64,000 nucleotides of DNA from NCBI GenBank assembly GCA_964035575.1, contig OZ037844.1:496001-560000 (forward strand), read 5' to 3'. A program made the position numbers and the translations under genes. Positions 54,578-64,000 of this stretch are shown here, one piece after another. Source of the stretch: Rhynchopus sp. YZ270_cl-10. Lineage: Eukaryota. How positions within the stretch are numbered: position 1 is the stretch's first letter; each line of letters opens with the position of its first letter. The notes beneath the pieces were generated by a model. That model made no database searches. It saw only the letters and a program-made list of their open reading frames with translations, and was not told the origin of the DNA.

Positions 54578-57025
54578 CTAACCCGATTTAAACACCTTGT
54601 GTACGACCTCCAGCTCTGGCTTTTGCATGGGCGAGGTAGGGTGCGCCATCTGCAGTGCGGGGAAGGAGCGTCCTTTCAGCATAAAAGGGAGGTCGCCCTC
54701 TTTCTTTGCTTTCTTCTTCTTCTCCTTCTTCTTCTCCTCTTCTTTCCTTTGCAATTTTTTCGCGTTTTTGCGTTTTTTGAGAATCCTCGCACCTTGCGGG
54801 GAGAGGGGACGTCGGAGAGTGGTGCTGTTGGCCGAAAAAGAGTCCTTGATCATTTCACGGATGTGAGGTTGGTCGCGCCGGTTGAGGAAACTGTGCAATG
54901 CAAAGTTTTCTTGCAGAAACGTCGCCACGGAGGCACCTAGAGGCAGACGAAAGGTCATATGCAGCGTCGCCACCTCCGCCAGGTCCTGCACTGGCAGCTC
55001 CTCCCCAGCCAATTCGGTTGCCTTCGTTTTATGGTCACCACACGACCTACACCGGATCGCCGAAGAGTAATTCACCTTCCCACACGGCAGGCAGGACCAC
55101 TCCTTTGGATACAACTCCGTCACGTAGCTGCCTACCTGCCCTTTCATGATTTTATGATATCCAGAAATTTTTTGCAAATTCTGACTGTACCCCTGCAAAT
55201 GCCTCGTAAACCCTGTGTTTTGAACCAACTCCATTTCAATATCCTCTGCAATCGCAGTCACCCTCCGAAATCTTTTTTCTGGAAGCAGCACTGCAGAGAG
55301 TTGTGATTTGGCGTAGCTGACAGAGTCAACGCCTCCGGCGGATAAAGACTCTGCGAGCCCCATTTCCCCACCGCAGGAGGTCGGCCACTCGGAGAATCGA
55401 AGGTTGGAACCGAGGGTGGGGACGACGACGTCGGTGATAGGTATTTTCTTCGCTTCTTTGTCAGATTTGATTCTGTATGGAGAGCCACCGTCCTTCACGA
55501 CGTAGTCGCCCACAATCGCTGTATGAGGGTTGATCTTAAGACGCTTAGCCACCGCATGATTCCACACCGCCGCGCAGCTCGCATTCACAAATCTTTGAGT
55601 AATCTCCGGACAACTCAACACAAATGCCTGAGAGGTTCCATGATCGCGAACCCCCGCCTTCGAGGTCTCCTTCCGCTGCAGTGTATGCACAAAATCAAGA
55701 AATTTTTTGACAAAGTCATATTTTGGCGGAATGTTTCCGTACAATCTTGCAGAAAGAAACGGACGTTTCGTGACTAAATCTTCCTTTGCGGTGCTAAGCA
55801 TGAAGTTCACCTCGCAGACTCTGTGTAACATAGTTTTTGCGGCTTTGTCGGTATGACCAGAGAGTATGGCACCCCCGATTTGAACGGACGTTTTGTGCGA
55901 AAAAATGCCGGCAGCGGGGCCAAGACCGACCTGATCGAACCCAATGTAGTTAGGGAAGAGCACCGCACCGTAGCTGTTTGGGCCGAACTTTGCGGATATT
56001 TTTGCTGCCGTCGCATCATCGTTGCTGATCCCGCGAAGCACAACACTCACATTCCTCGCTGTATCCGCAAAGATCTGCTCCGACGCCTCCTCCTTCAGAA
56101 CCTCCGGCCTTTTCGTCGTCACCCCAAAAACACGAAAAAAAACCTGCCCCCCTTTCACCTCCCTGCTCTCTTTCGTTCCGACCAGCTGATTCAGCTTCGT
56201 CAAACGTTCCGGAGAGATATTCTGGATACTGCAAACCACGGTTCCGCTGGTGGAGTGGTAGTTAGGTGCATATTGGGGTTGGCCATGCGGGGAGAGGACG
56301 GTGATGGAGACGTTGTGGAGGAGGGAGGAAAGCATGCGGAGTGCCTGCGGGATTCCACAGGGCAGGCCTTGGAGGAACAGATGGAAGTACAGAAGCGGCT
56401 GGCGGGTCGACAGCGATTTGATGTTTTCATCGTTGCTATCCACGATATCAGAGGGAAGATGCGAGGCAAAGTTCTGGCCTTCACGAACCACCCCGATTTC
56501 GCTTACATCCGAAGGATGCAGTGCGTAAATTGCATCTATAACGTCAGATGCTGCTGATGTATGTTCCTCTTCTTCATATTCCGCGTTCATTTCTTCGTTT
56601 TGTTCTCCATAATGCTCCCAAGAGGTTGCCGTTTCGACGGAGACGGAGAGGGTTTTGGATTTGGTTGATTTTGGTGATTTAGATTTTGGGGTGGGTGTCG
56701 ATGTAGGGGTATCACTTTGATGCGGTCTGCGAGTACCCTGCAAGACATTCTCGGAAAGGTCTGTCAGATCGAGTCGCTTTTCCACGGAATCCCGAAACGA
56801 ATATTTCAGGTTTTCAAACGCCGCCCCACGCGCGCGGACATCACGCAGCAGAACCCTAGGTTTTACCTTCCGGAAGCCCTCCTCCGGGTCGGTCGTGTAC
56901 CGCCAGGGCTCGCTGACTGGGTGAAGTTGTTCCTTCCGTTTGGCTGCGTCCTGATCATGCCAGCCAATGCTCACCTCTCTTCTCTGCCGCATCAATGCCC
57001 CTATCGGAACCGATCGGTAAGCCAT
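54578..57025 (-). CDS. TruD/PUS7-family pseudouridine-synthase-like protein with inserted RanBP2-type zinc finger (~815 aa)
   Basis: TruD-like motifs FPNYIGFDQVG, NASCAAVWNHAVAKRL, IVGDYV, ITDVVVPTLG, LHMTFRLPLGASVATFLQE; zinc finger WSCLPCGKVNYSSAIRCRSCG. First ATG at 57025 (MAYRSVPIGALMRQRR). Confidence 0.82.
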   Translation of the reverse strand: MAYRSVPIGALMRQRREVSIGWHDQDAAKRKEQLHPVSEPWRYTTDPEEGFRKVKPRVLLRDVRARGAAFENLKYSFRDSVEKRLDLTDLSENVLQGTRRPHQSDTPTSTPTPKSKSPKSTKSKTLSVSVETATSWEHYGEQNEEMNAEYEEEEHTSAASDVIDAIYALHPSDVSEIGVVREGQNFASHLPSDIVDSNDENIKSLSTRQPLLYFHLFLQGLPCGIPQALRMLSSLLHNVSITVLSPHGQPQYAPNYHSTSGTVVCSIQNISPERLTKLNQLVGTKESREVKGGQVFFRVFGVTTKRPEVLKEEASEQIFADTARNVSVVLRGISNDDATAAKISAKFGPNSYGAVLFPNYIGFDQVGLGPAAGIFSHKTSVQIGGAILSGHTDKAAKTMLHRVCEVNFMLSTAKEDLVTKRPFLSARLYGNIPPKYDFVKKFLDFVHTLQRKETSKAGVRDHGTSQAFVLSCPEITQRFVNASCAAVWNHAVAKRLKINPHTAIVGDYVVKDGGSPYRIKSDKEAKKIPITDVVVPTLGSNLRFSEWPTSCGGEMGLAESLSAGGVDSVSYAKSQLSAVLLPEKRFRRVTAIAEDIEMELVQNTGFTRHLQGYSQNLQKISGYHKIMKGQVGSYVTELYPKEWSCLPCGKVNYSSAIRCRSCGDHKTKATELAGEELPVQDLAEVATLHMTFRLPLGASVATFLQENFALHSFLNRRDQPHIREMIKDSFSANSTTLRRPLSPQGARILKKRKNAKKLQRKEEEKKKEKKKKAKKEGDLPFMLKGRSFPALQMAHPTSPMQKPELEVVHKVFKSG

Positions 57026-57450
57026 TTTTTTTGATATTTTTTTTTGGTGATTCTTCACCTTCTGAGGGGGTAGTTGAGGAAGAGGAAGAGGAGGGGAAGA
57101 AGACAGAATATGATGTGTTTTTTGTGCTTTTTTTGACAAACTCAACGGTGAAATTGGCTATGAGGAAAAGCGAGAAATAAAGAGATAAAAAAAAAGTTTT
57201 CAAAGTTCAAGAGGAAAAAAGAAAAAAAATGCAGCAAAAGAAAAATACGAAGGATGAATGTGGGTGTCATCAATCAAAAAAAAAAAGAAACGCAACAGGG
57301 CAAAGTGGATCGCTCTGTTGCTGAATATGGAAAGGCCCCTTCCCACTCTTGCACGTTGCAAGGCAGGTTTGGGTTGCAAGCCGTGGCCCTTGTGATAAGT
57401 CACAGGACAGAAAAAACGGCAATTTAAATTTGAGAGCAGTTTATCATATT

Positions 57451-58178
57451 CTAGAAAGTGCCAGGCCACTCATTCGAGACGCAGGTGTGTGCTGGGCAAC
57501 CGTTTGATGGAATAGCGGGACCAGTGGGCACGCATTTGTTCATCTCACACTGTCCGTTCCAGCGGCAAAAGTTCTTCAGCGCGGGGTCGTGGCACAAACC
57601 CACCGACGCCTTCGTCGAGCAGTTCACAGCATCACCAGGGCTGATCGCAAACGCAGCCCACTCCACATCACCAAGGGTCCTGAAGGTCTCAATGCCTCCA
57701 GGCGCAATCTCCTTCCTGTAGGAGGTCATCCTGTGTGTGAGGCCGGCAGGTGCGCCGGTCACGAAGTTGGGTGCACAGCGTGATGCCTCCCACCCGTTGC
57801 CACGAAGGTATGCAGGGAGGGCGCCCTTCATCGACGGGCATGGGTAGCATTCATACAGGAACACATATGCTTCGCACGTACGTCCTGCGTTTGGGCATGA
57901 GTAGCGCACAGTCGACCCTGTTGGGTCTCGGCACGTCCAGCATGTGTCCCTTCAGAAAATCGGAACTCAGACCCGGACACACCCGGCCAGGCGGGGATGT
58001 TGTCATACAGAAACGTGATGCGGATGCCACCTGCAATCTGCTGTGTAGGGTTGCCTGCTATGTTCGGAACTGCTTTGACACACGCCATGTTCGGGTCGGC
58101 GCAGTCGCCCACCGGAGACAGCACCGCGCTTGCCATGCCTGCCATGCACATCAGAGCTGTGAACTGCAGTGTTGCCAT
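57451..58178 (-). pseudogene. Secreted Cys-rich protein, frameshifted (pseudogene or sequence error)
   Basis: Signal-peptide-like start MATLQFTALMCMAGMASA at 58178. The Cys-rich C-terminal part (VRYSCPNAGRTCEAYVFLYECYPC...CVSNEWPGTF*) is in a different frame; shift(s) fall between ~57920 and ~57995 with no evident GT-AG intron. Confidence 0.65.
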
Positions 58179-59121
58179 ATTGTTTGTGGGGTTGACGTGT
58201 AGGTTAAGGGTGTAATCTGGATGAAAGATGGGAGTGTTAAAACGATGAATATTGCAATGCAGAGCCTTCTCTGTGCAGTGCACCACTTGCTGGTGGACCA
58301 GAAGAAGAACTGTGCGGCAAAACCGTGACGGGAGACTTGAGCGGTACAACCATGGGAACAAATGCTGCACTTCAAGCGACCTTGCAGAGCAAAAGGCACA
58401 TGCTTGGACAGCCAGTTGTCTTCGTTCTTTGACGGAGACGTTCAACGCAGAGAACAAGCGTGTGACGGGTGCGGCACGTGAGGGACCCCGACCAGGCAAC
58501 CTTGAGCTTTTGTGCGGTGAGGAGAAGTTTGTGCAAGACTTTCACACATTTGAAGGAATGCCGTCGAGCTCTTACCTTTGCGTGCTACCTTCGCTTTGTT
58601 TCGTAAAAACGAGCTTCAGCGATTGCGCGCCTTGCCTGCGTGGTAGTGGTTTGGCACCCAGTTCGCGCCCTCTTTTGAATAATGTAATGTGCATGCGGAA
58701 ATTCACGCCAAAATTATTATTGACGTTTGTATAAAGAAAAACAAAAAAAAAAAAAAAGACGAAAGGGGGTTTCGGGGAAGAGTTTAATTCTTGCGCATCC
58801 CCACACTCAGTCACACTGTTCACAATTAATGAACGAAAAATTGACAATTTTCCTGATGTGTATGTAATATGTGTGTGTGTGATGGGGAGCACGGGAGGGG
58901 AAAAAAAATAACTAGTGGATACTGAAAAATTTCACTAGCAATGGACACATGTCTTGAATAGATCAATGTACGGGGAGAGATATTTTCAGTAGCGTCACAC
59001 AGGCTCTCAGAGTACTTCCAGACCACTGTCTAAAACAAAGAAAGGCTTTTATAGATGAACCTAAGCATCTCGTGCTTAGTCTGATTAGATTACCTCGTAG
59101 GTAATTCAATTAAATTGCTAA

Positions 59122-59510
59122 GGGCACGGTAATTTTTATTTTTGGTAAGCGTCTGCGTGCGTACTTTTTTTTTTGAGATTCCAGGGAAAAATTATGCAGA
59201 AAAAAAAATTTATAAAGGGGGGCCCTCAATAACTCAACAATGTATTTTAGGTAAAAAAAAATGTACATTTTTCAGCGTAAATTGACCCCATCACAGCACA
59301 TACAGACTCCTGAGAGCCGAAATCAAAAAAAATTTCCCCCGATTTTTTGTGGGCAAAAATTGGTGGGAAAACATTTTTGGTACCTGTATTTCCCCCACTG
59401 TAATTTTCCTCTATAATTTTTTTCACCACTCATAATTTTTTTTTGCGTGCGTGCGTACTTTTTTTTGAGAAGTGCTCTGACGCTTACCAAGAAAAAAAAT
59501 TACCGTGCCC
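59122..59510. mobile_element. PIF/Harbinger (Tourist-like) MITE, 389 bp, 32-bp TIRs, TAA TSD
   Basis: GGGCACGGTAATTTTTATTTTTGGTAAGCGTC (59122-59153) vs GACGCTTACCAAGAAAAAAAATTACCGTGCCC (59479-59510), 2 mismatches; TAA at 59119-59121 and 59511-59513. Confidence 0.85.
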
Positions 59511-59905
59511 TAAGAATAAAAACGGGATGTGCTGTGGAAAACCCCATATTAAAACCACCGTAGCCTCCTGGCGATTTGCTGGATGGTGCTGACGCACTGC
59601 TCCGACGACCACGATGAGTGGGAGACTATGAACAACAACGAGCTGGAACACGCCGAGTCGGCCTCTACCGACATCGAGCACATGGTTCTCGAACCTGCCG
59701 AGCCTACGTCCAACCGCCGTCGAGCAGGTGGTGGACGAAGAGGAGCGTGACGACAGCCCAGCGTTTCGGGTGCAGTGAGTCCCAGTGGTTCTGGCAGCGT
59801 AAGTTTTCGAGGGTTTTCGCTGCAGAAGAGCAGAGTGGTGGACGTGTTGTAGATTATTTCCACAGGGTGGAGTTCCACGAGCGTGGGATCCCACAGCACA
59901 CCCCT
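59511..59905. mobile_element. Diverged inverted copy of the ~440-bp TIR element found in the ankyrin array spacer
   Basis: Shares ACCACCGTAGC.TCCTGGCGATTTGCTGGA, CTGCAGAAGAGCAGA and GTGTTGTAGATTATTTC (reverse complement of 28118-28558), plus the GTGCTGTGG/CCACAGCAC TIR cores. Confidence 0.75.
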
Positions 59906-60302
59906 AAAACAAAATGTGGCATTGCGTAAAGAGAATATTATTAATCACTACACTGTTCGGTTCCCTGGAAAGGGTTGTCTTATGTTACTAAATCCTCTGC
60001 AGCAGTCATCGCACCTCGAAAACACTTCACGCAAGAGTACAAAAGTGCTCACCGTATGCAAATATAATTGACATTTCATGCAGGCACACTTCGACTGACG
60101 ACAAACATAAAAAAGAGAAGTTCAAAGTGCAAACGCCTCGTTCATCGGCGGACGCAGGTCTTGGTGGACAGCACAGTGCGTTTACTGTAGCCTATCAGGG
60201 CTGGGGCCCCCGCGGAGCGGAGTGAATGCACCCTAGCCTTTGTCGTAAAATACAGTCTCACCGTCCCTTGCCGCCTTTTAAGTTTACCTCACCAAAATCA
60301 CT

Positions 60303-62927
60303 TCAATGCATGTCCACAACCTCAGGCACGTAAGCCTTCTCCTCCACGTAGTTGATGAGCTGTTCGTACTGGGCACGCTGGTCAGCAGCCACACCGTCAA
60401 GCAGAGTGGAAGCCTGCTCAAAGTCCTGTTTGATGATGTGCTCAAAAGCTTCGGTCCACAGCGCATGAGGGTTGTTTGCTGTCGCCTCCAGCTGGTACAT
60501 CCACTCCTCGTTGCCTACGCTGCACAAACCCTTCACAGCATACACAACCTGTGCTGTGTCTCTCAGCTTTGCGAACAGCACTGCACCTGCACAACGCAGT
60601 ACCACCTGTCCCTCCACCTCACGTGACACAGCACGGTCAATGACACCAGGCAGGTTGTGCTTCTTGTTCCAACGCTCGAGCACAACCACCCACGACATGC
60701 ATTGTGCAAGAATCGACACCTTCTTCATCCCGTTGCAGCCCATGTTCCCGACACGTGCATCGCCTGTTGTGCACCCGTAAGAAATCTTGTGCACATCCCC
60801 AATTGCTGTTGCAGCTTCGTGTGCAGCCTTCACACAGGCAACACGGTGTGTGGAGCTCGGAACGAAGGCGTTGAAGGTGGCAAGCATCTTGTCTCCTGCA
60901 AACGTGTCGCACACACCTTTGTTGTGCTGCACTGCCACCAGGATCCTCTCAATCACACTACCGTGTGCAGCGAGAACTTCTGCATCTTTGCGGCCCTCGC
61001 AGAAGGCATGCCACGACACGACGTTCATGTGTGCCAACGACACCTTCTTCTTCTTCATCCCTTCCACACGCAGGAGTGCCTTCTGGGTCTGCACCACCTC
61101 TGTGGAGCTTGGCTCTGTGTGCGACACCTTTGAACGGCTTGCGTCAGACTTAGACTTGGTATCCCGTGTGGCTGACTCTGTATCGGAGACGTCTTGCTCA
61201 CTGTCGTTGACAAGCACACTCTGCGGCATGTAGTTCCGGTACTCCACCAGGTTCGCCACCATGGTAACAAAGCTGCGCTGCATCATCCCCACTTCACTCA
61301 GCTGCGACACTGCACGGCCCGTGTCCACAGCCTCCAGGTCCATCACAGCCACACTTGCCATCTCACTCCCAAGCTTCAGCAGAGGTGACGTGATGTAGCG
61401 TGTGAACACAACAGCTATGGCCAGGAGTCCTGTGATCGCAACAACAGTCACAATCACCATCACAATCACCGCATCCTCCTTCTGTGCGTCTGCAGAAGAC
61501 AGATCTGATGCCACCTTCGCACGGATTGCATTCGTCGACGCATCAATCGTCTCCATCACAGACTCTCTCGGCACAAGAAGGTTGGCGTACCACAGGATGG
61601 TCATGTGATTAATTTTTGACGTCATTGTCCAGTACTCTGTGCCGTTCGAGTCAGACCACTTCACGAAGGACTCCTCTGTCATCTCCACAAGGTCTCTGTA
61701 GTTCCGAGGGTGTGTGAACACAAACCGCCCGTGCTCTGCAATCAGCGATGGGATGTGCGACGTTGCGTCTTCCATTGAGTGGTTCGTGATGTTGATGCTC
61801 TGTGCCTTGTCTAAGGTAATAGCCAATGGTGGCGGCAGGGTGACACGCACCGACGTGATGTGACGTCCTTTGTTGTACGCCACAACCAACCCAACCGAGT
61901 GTGTGTTGTAGTCTTCTTCAATGATGTAGAGCGATGTGCCAGTGGGAAGCAGCTGGTTCCGCACTGCCTGCGTCACCCCCTCTGCCGTCACGGTTGCGCC
62001 AATGACCCCAACACGTTTCCCCTGCTTGGGGTACATCGTGTACATCTCTGGGTGGGTGTAGGTGTAGCTCAGCTCCCAGGAAATGTAATCCCAGGACACA
62101 CCCATACCAGAGTACACAAGCTCGTCGGCAGGAAGGAGGGGCGGATCACCGTCGTGCAGGTTGTGCAGTTGTAGCCCACGCTGTCGGGCCTCAAGTGGCG
62201 ACTGAGCTCTATGTACAGGTAAGTAGCACATCCCTCGTGATTCATTCAAATTGTAGTTCGGTCGCATCGTGCAGGGAAGTGTCAGATCCTTGGCGGAACC
62301 CAGTTCATTAGCTTCGGTAAGGGCCGTAAAGTCGGAAATCTGCGGCTTCCCCGTGGCTGGATCTCTAGCTTCAGCCACCATTAATATGGGGGTCCCGTCT
62401 GTGGGCAAAATCCCAATTACAGGGGATGAGTGTCGGTGTGACGTTCGTATACCCCATCCAGATGCCTTACCAGTCCCCGAAGTCCATGGGAAGGGGTGTG
62501 CCTGACACCAAGGGTACGTCTCGTGGAAAATAATATCTAGTCCTGCCTTGTACCCAGCATTGAAAGCTGACATGATGGCAGGATTCATGGTCGTCACCCC
62601 AAAGTTAGGATCGGTGCTGACATTTGGGTGGTGCGCCTTCGCAAGATTTGCAAGCGTCATGACAAGCTGCTCAGGCACCTGAAGGTACTCCTTCACTGCA
62701 CTGTCCACACTGCCAAGGACAGAGCGGAGGTAGCGCGACGACACAGTTTCGATGTCCGACACACCACTGTCGAGACACATCCCGAAGCCCTCATCGCCTG
62801 TGTCACGTGCCTTTTCCAGAAGGTCGTCCCATGTTGTCAACGTGAAGCCACCGATGATCGCACCTGTCGACAGAATCAGCACCACGCACAGCAGCAGTGT
62901 CAGCGACTGGATGCCACACGTGGCCAT
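60303..62927 (-). CDS. Receptor-type class III nucleotidyl-cyclase-like protein (TM - extracellular domain - TM - HAMP - degenerate cyclase domain), ~874 aa
   Basis: ATG at 62927 (MATCGIQ). Two hydrophobic helices, HAMP-like ITSPLLKLGSEMASVA...SEVGMMQRSFVTMVANL, EYRNYMPQSVL linker, KGVCDTFAGDKMLATFNA, GCTTGDARVGNMG and EEWMYQL. Confidence 0.85.
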   Translation of the reverse strand: MATCGIQSLTLLLCVVLILSTGAIIGGFTLTTWDDLLEKARDTGDEGFGMCLDSGVSDIETVSSRYLRSVLGSVDSAVKEYLQVPEQLVMTLANLAKAHHPNVSTDPNFGVTTMNPAIMSAFNAGYKAGLDIIFHETYPWCQAHPFPWTSGTGKASGWGIRTSHRHSSPVIGILPTDGTPILMVAEARDPATGKPQISDFTALTEANELGSAKDLTLPCTMRPNYNLNESRGMCYLPVHRAQSPLEARQRGLQLHNLHDGDPPLLPADELVYSGMGVSWDYISWELSYTYTHPEMYTMYPKQGKRVGVIGATVTAEGVTQAVRNQLLPTGTSLYIIEEDYNTHSVGLVVAYNKGRHITSVRVTLPPPLAITLDKAQSINITNHSMEDATSHIPSLIAEHGRFVFTHPRNYRDLVEMTEESFVKWSDSNGTEYWTMTSKINHMTILWYANLLVPRESVMETIDASTNAIRAKVASDLSSADAQKEDAVIVMVIVTVVAITGLLAIAVVFTRYITSPLLKLGSEMASVAVMDLEAVDTGRAVSQLSEVGMMQRSFVTMVANLVEYRNYMPQSVLVNDSEQDVSDTESATRDTKSKSDASRSKVSHTEPSSTEVVQTQKALLRVEGMKKKKVSLAHMNVVSWHAFCEGRKDAEVLAAHGSVIERILVAVQHNKGVCDTFAGDKMLATFNAFVPSSTHRVACVKAAHEAATAIGDVHKISYGCTTGDARVGNMGCNGMKKVSILAQCMSWVVVLERWNKKHNLPGVIDRAVSREVEGQVVLRCAGAVLFAKLRDTAQVVYAVKGLCSVGNEEWMYQLEATANNPHALWTEAFEHIIKQDFEQASTLLDGVAADQRAQYEQLINYVEEKAYVPEVVDMH

Positions 62928-64000
62928 TGTGTGAAACGGGGTGGGGAGAATACTGGGTGGTGTGTGGTATGGGAACGAGAGGGGATGCAAGAGAGAGCAG
63001 AAGACGGAGTTCTGACGGTCGTCTCGCCTCTTGGCAGAGTAAAACAGGAATTGAAATAACATGAACTTAAGACAGAGACATGATACCAACATCATCTACT
63101 GTACTTGCAGACACATGTGTGTCAGAAAGCACTGAAAAAATAGCAGAACTGAGTGGGGCTAAAAGAGAAAAAACCCCCCTTTTTATTTTTGCTGTGACGG
63201 CTATCTTGACGTTTCCATTTATGTTTGAATACCTTTTTTTGTTTTGTTTTTTTGGTATCAATCCCCGGGTGTGGGGTTGGGGTCTTTTTAAAAATGGAAG
63301 GGGATCGGGTGGGGGGGATAAGTGAAAAAGTCTCCAAAACGAAAGAGAAAAAAGAAAAAAAAAATCAGATCTGAATCGCACCTCGAGGGGGAAGGTGAAG
63401 CCTTTTCGTTGAGTTTTTTAATTTTATTTTTGTATCACCGTGTGGACTGATTAGCGGTTTTGTACACATTTTGTTTGCTTTTTTCAAAAAAAAAAAAAAA
63501 AAAAAGGAAAAAAGGAAAATAAACATTTCCAAGATGAAAGTGCACACACATCTTGAAAAAAAGATCTTCGAAAAAATGTAGTTCCCGTGAGGACAAATAT
63601 GCTTTCAAAAAAAATGTCCGGGAAACCCCCTTTTGAAAAAGGTTTTCTTTGGTACAACTCCCGCAATCAGTGGTTCAAACAACACAAAAATAATAATAAT
63701 CAACACACAAGAAATCCAGAATCCCTCTTGGATTTTTGAAGCACGAAAGAGAGAGAAAAAAACCACAAAAGAGAAAAACTGAAAATGATAAAACGAGAAC
63801 CCAAATGGTCACATCTAAAGGGGGGCGCGTGGGGTGGGTGTACCCCTAAAGGAATATCGAGAGGAGAAAAAAATCCATAAAAAAACAAGATCATTTTGCG
63901 TCGACACCTGAGGGGGAGCACCTACGAGAGTCACCATTTTTTACTTTTTTTTTTTTTGGCAAAGGGGATGGGGGTTATTTTACTGGGAGAGAGTCTAATA

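Overview
Eukaryotic nuclear DNA, most consistent with a euglenozoan protist, probably a diplonemid (inference). Supporting signs: every recognisable gene is on the - strand, genes are a mix of intronless and GT-AG intron-containing, a flagellar inner-arm dynein p28 gene is present, and there is a TM-HAMP-degenerate cyclase receptor. Left to right the window holds: a 5-exon ankyrin/coiled-coil/protein kinase gene running off the left edge (largely missed by the ORF track); a tRNA-Glu(CTC) pseudogene; DNALI1/p28; a ubiquitin-like + LRR protein; a 2.2-kb PIF/Harbinger-type non-autonomous element; a ~1613-aa intronless toxin-like protein; and a ~33-kb array of eight ankyrin-repeat genes (one pseudogene, one 678-aa variant, six apparently identical 565-aa copies in 4121-bp units). 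After the array come a DUSP23-like pseudophosphatase, a TruD-like protein with a RanBP2-type zinc finger, a frameshifted secreted Cys-rich gene, nested MITEs and a receptor cyclase-like gene. The most interesting candidate system is the ankyrin family. It has constant N- and C-terminal regions around 300-bp (3-repeat) modules whose framework is nearly invariant, whose predicted binding-surface residues are hypervariable, and which are shuffled between paralogs. This resembles a natural DARPin-like variable-receptor repertoire and carries a possible mitochondrial presequence. Functions are inferred, not demonstrated.
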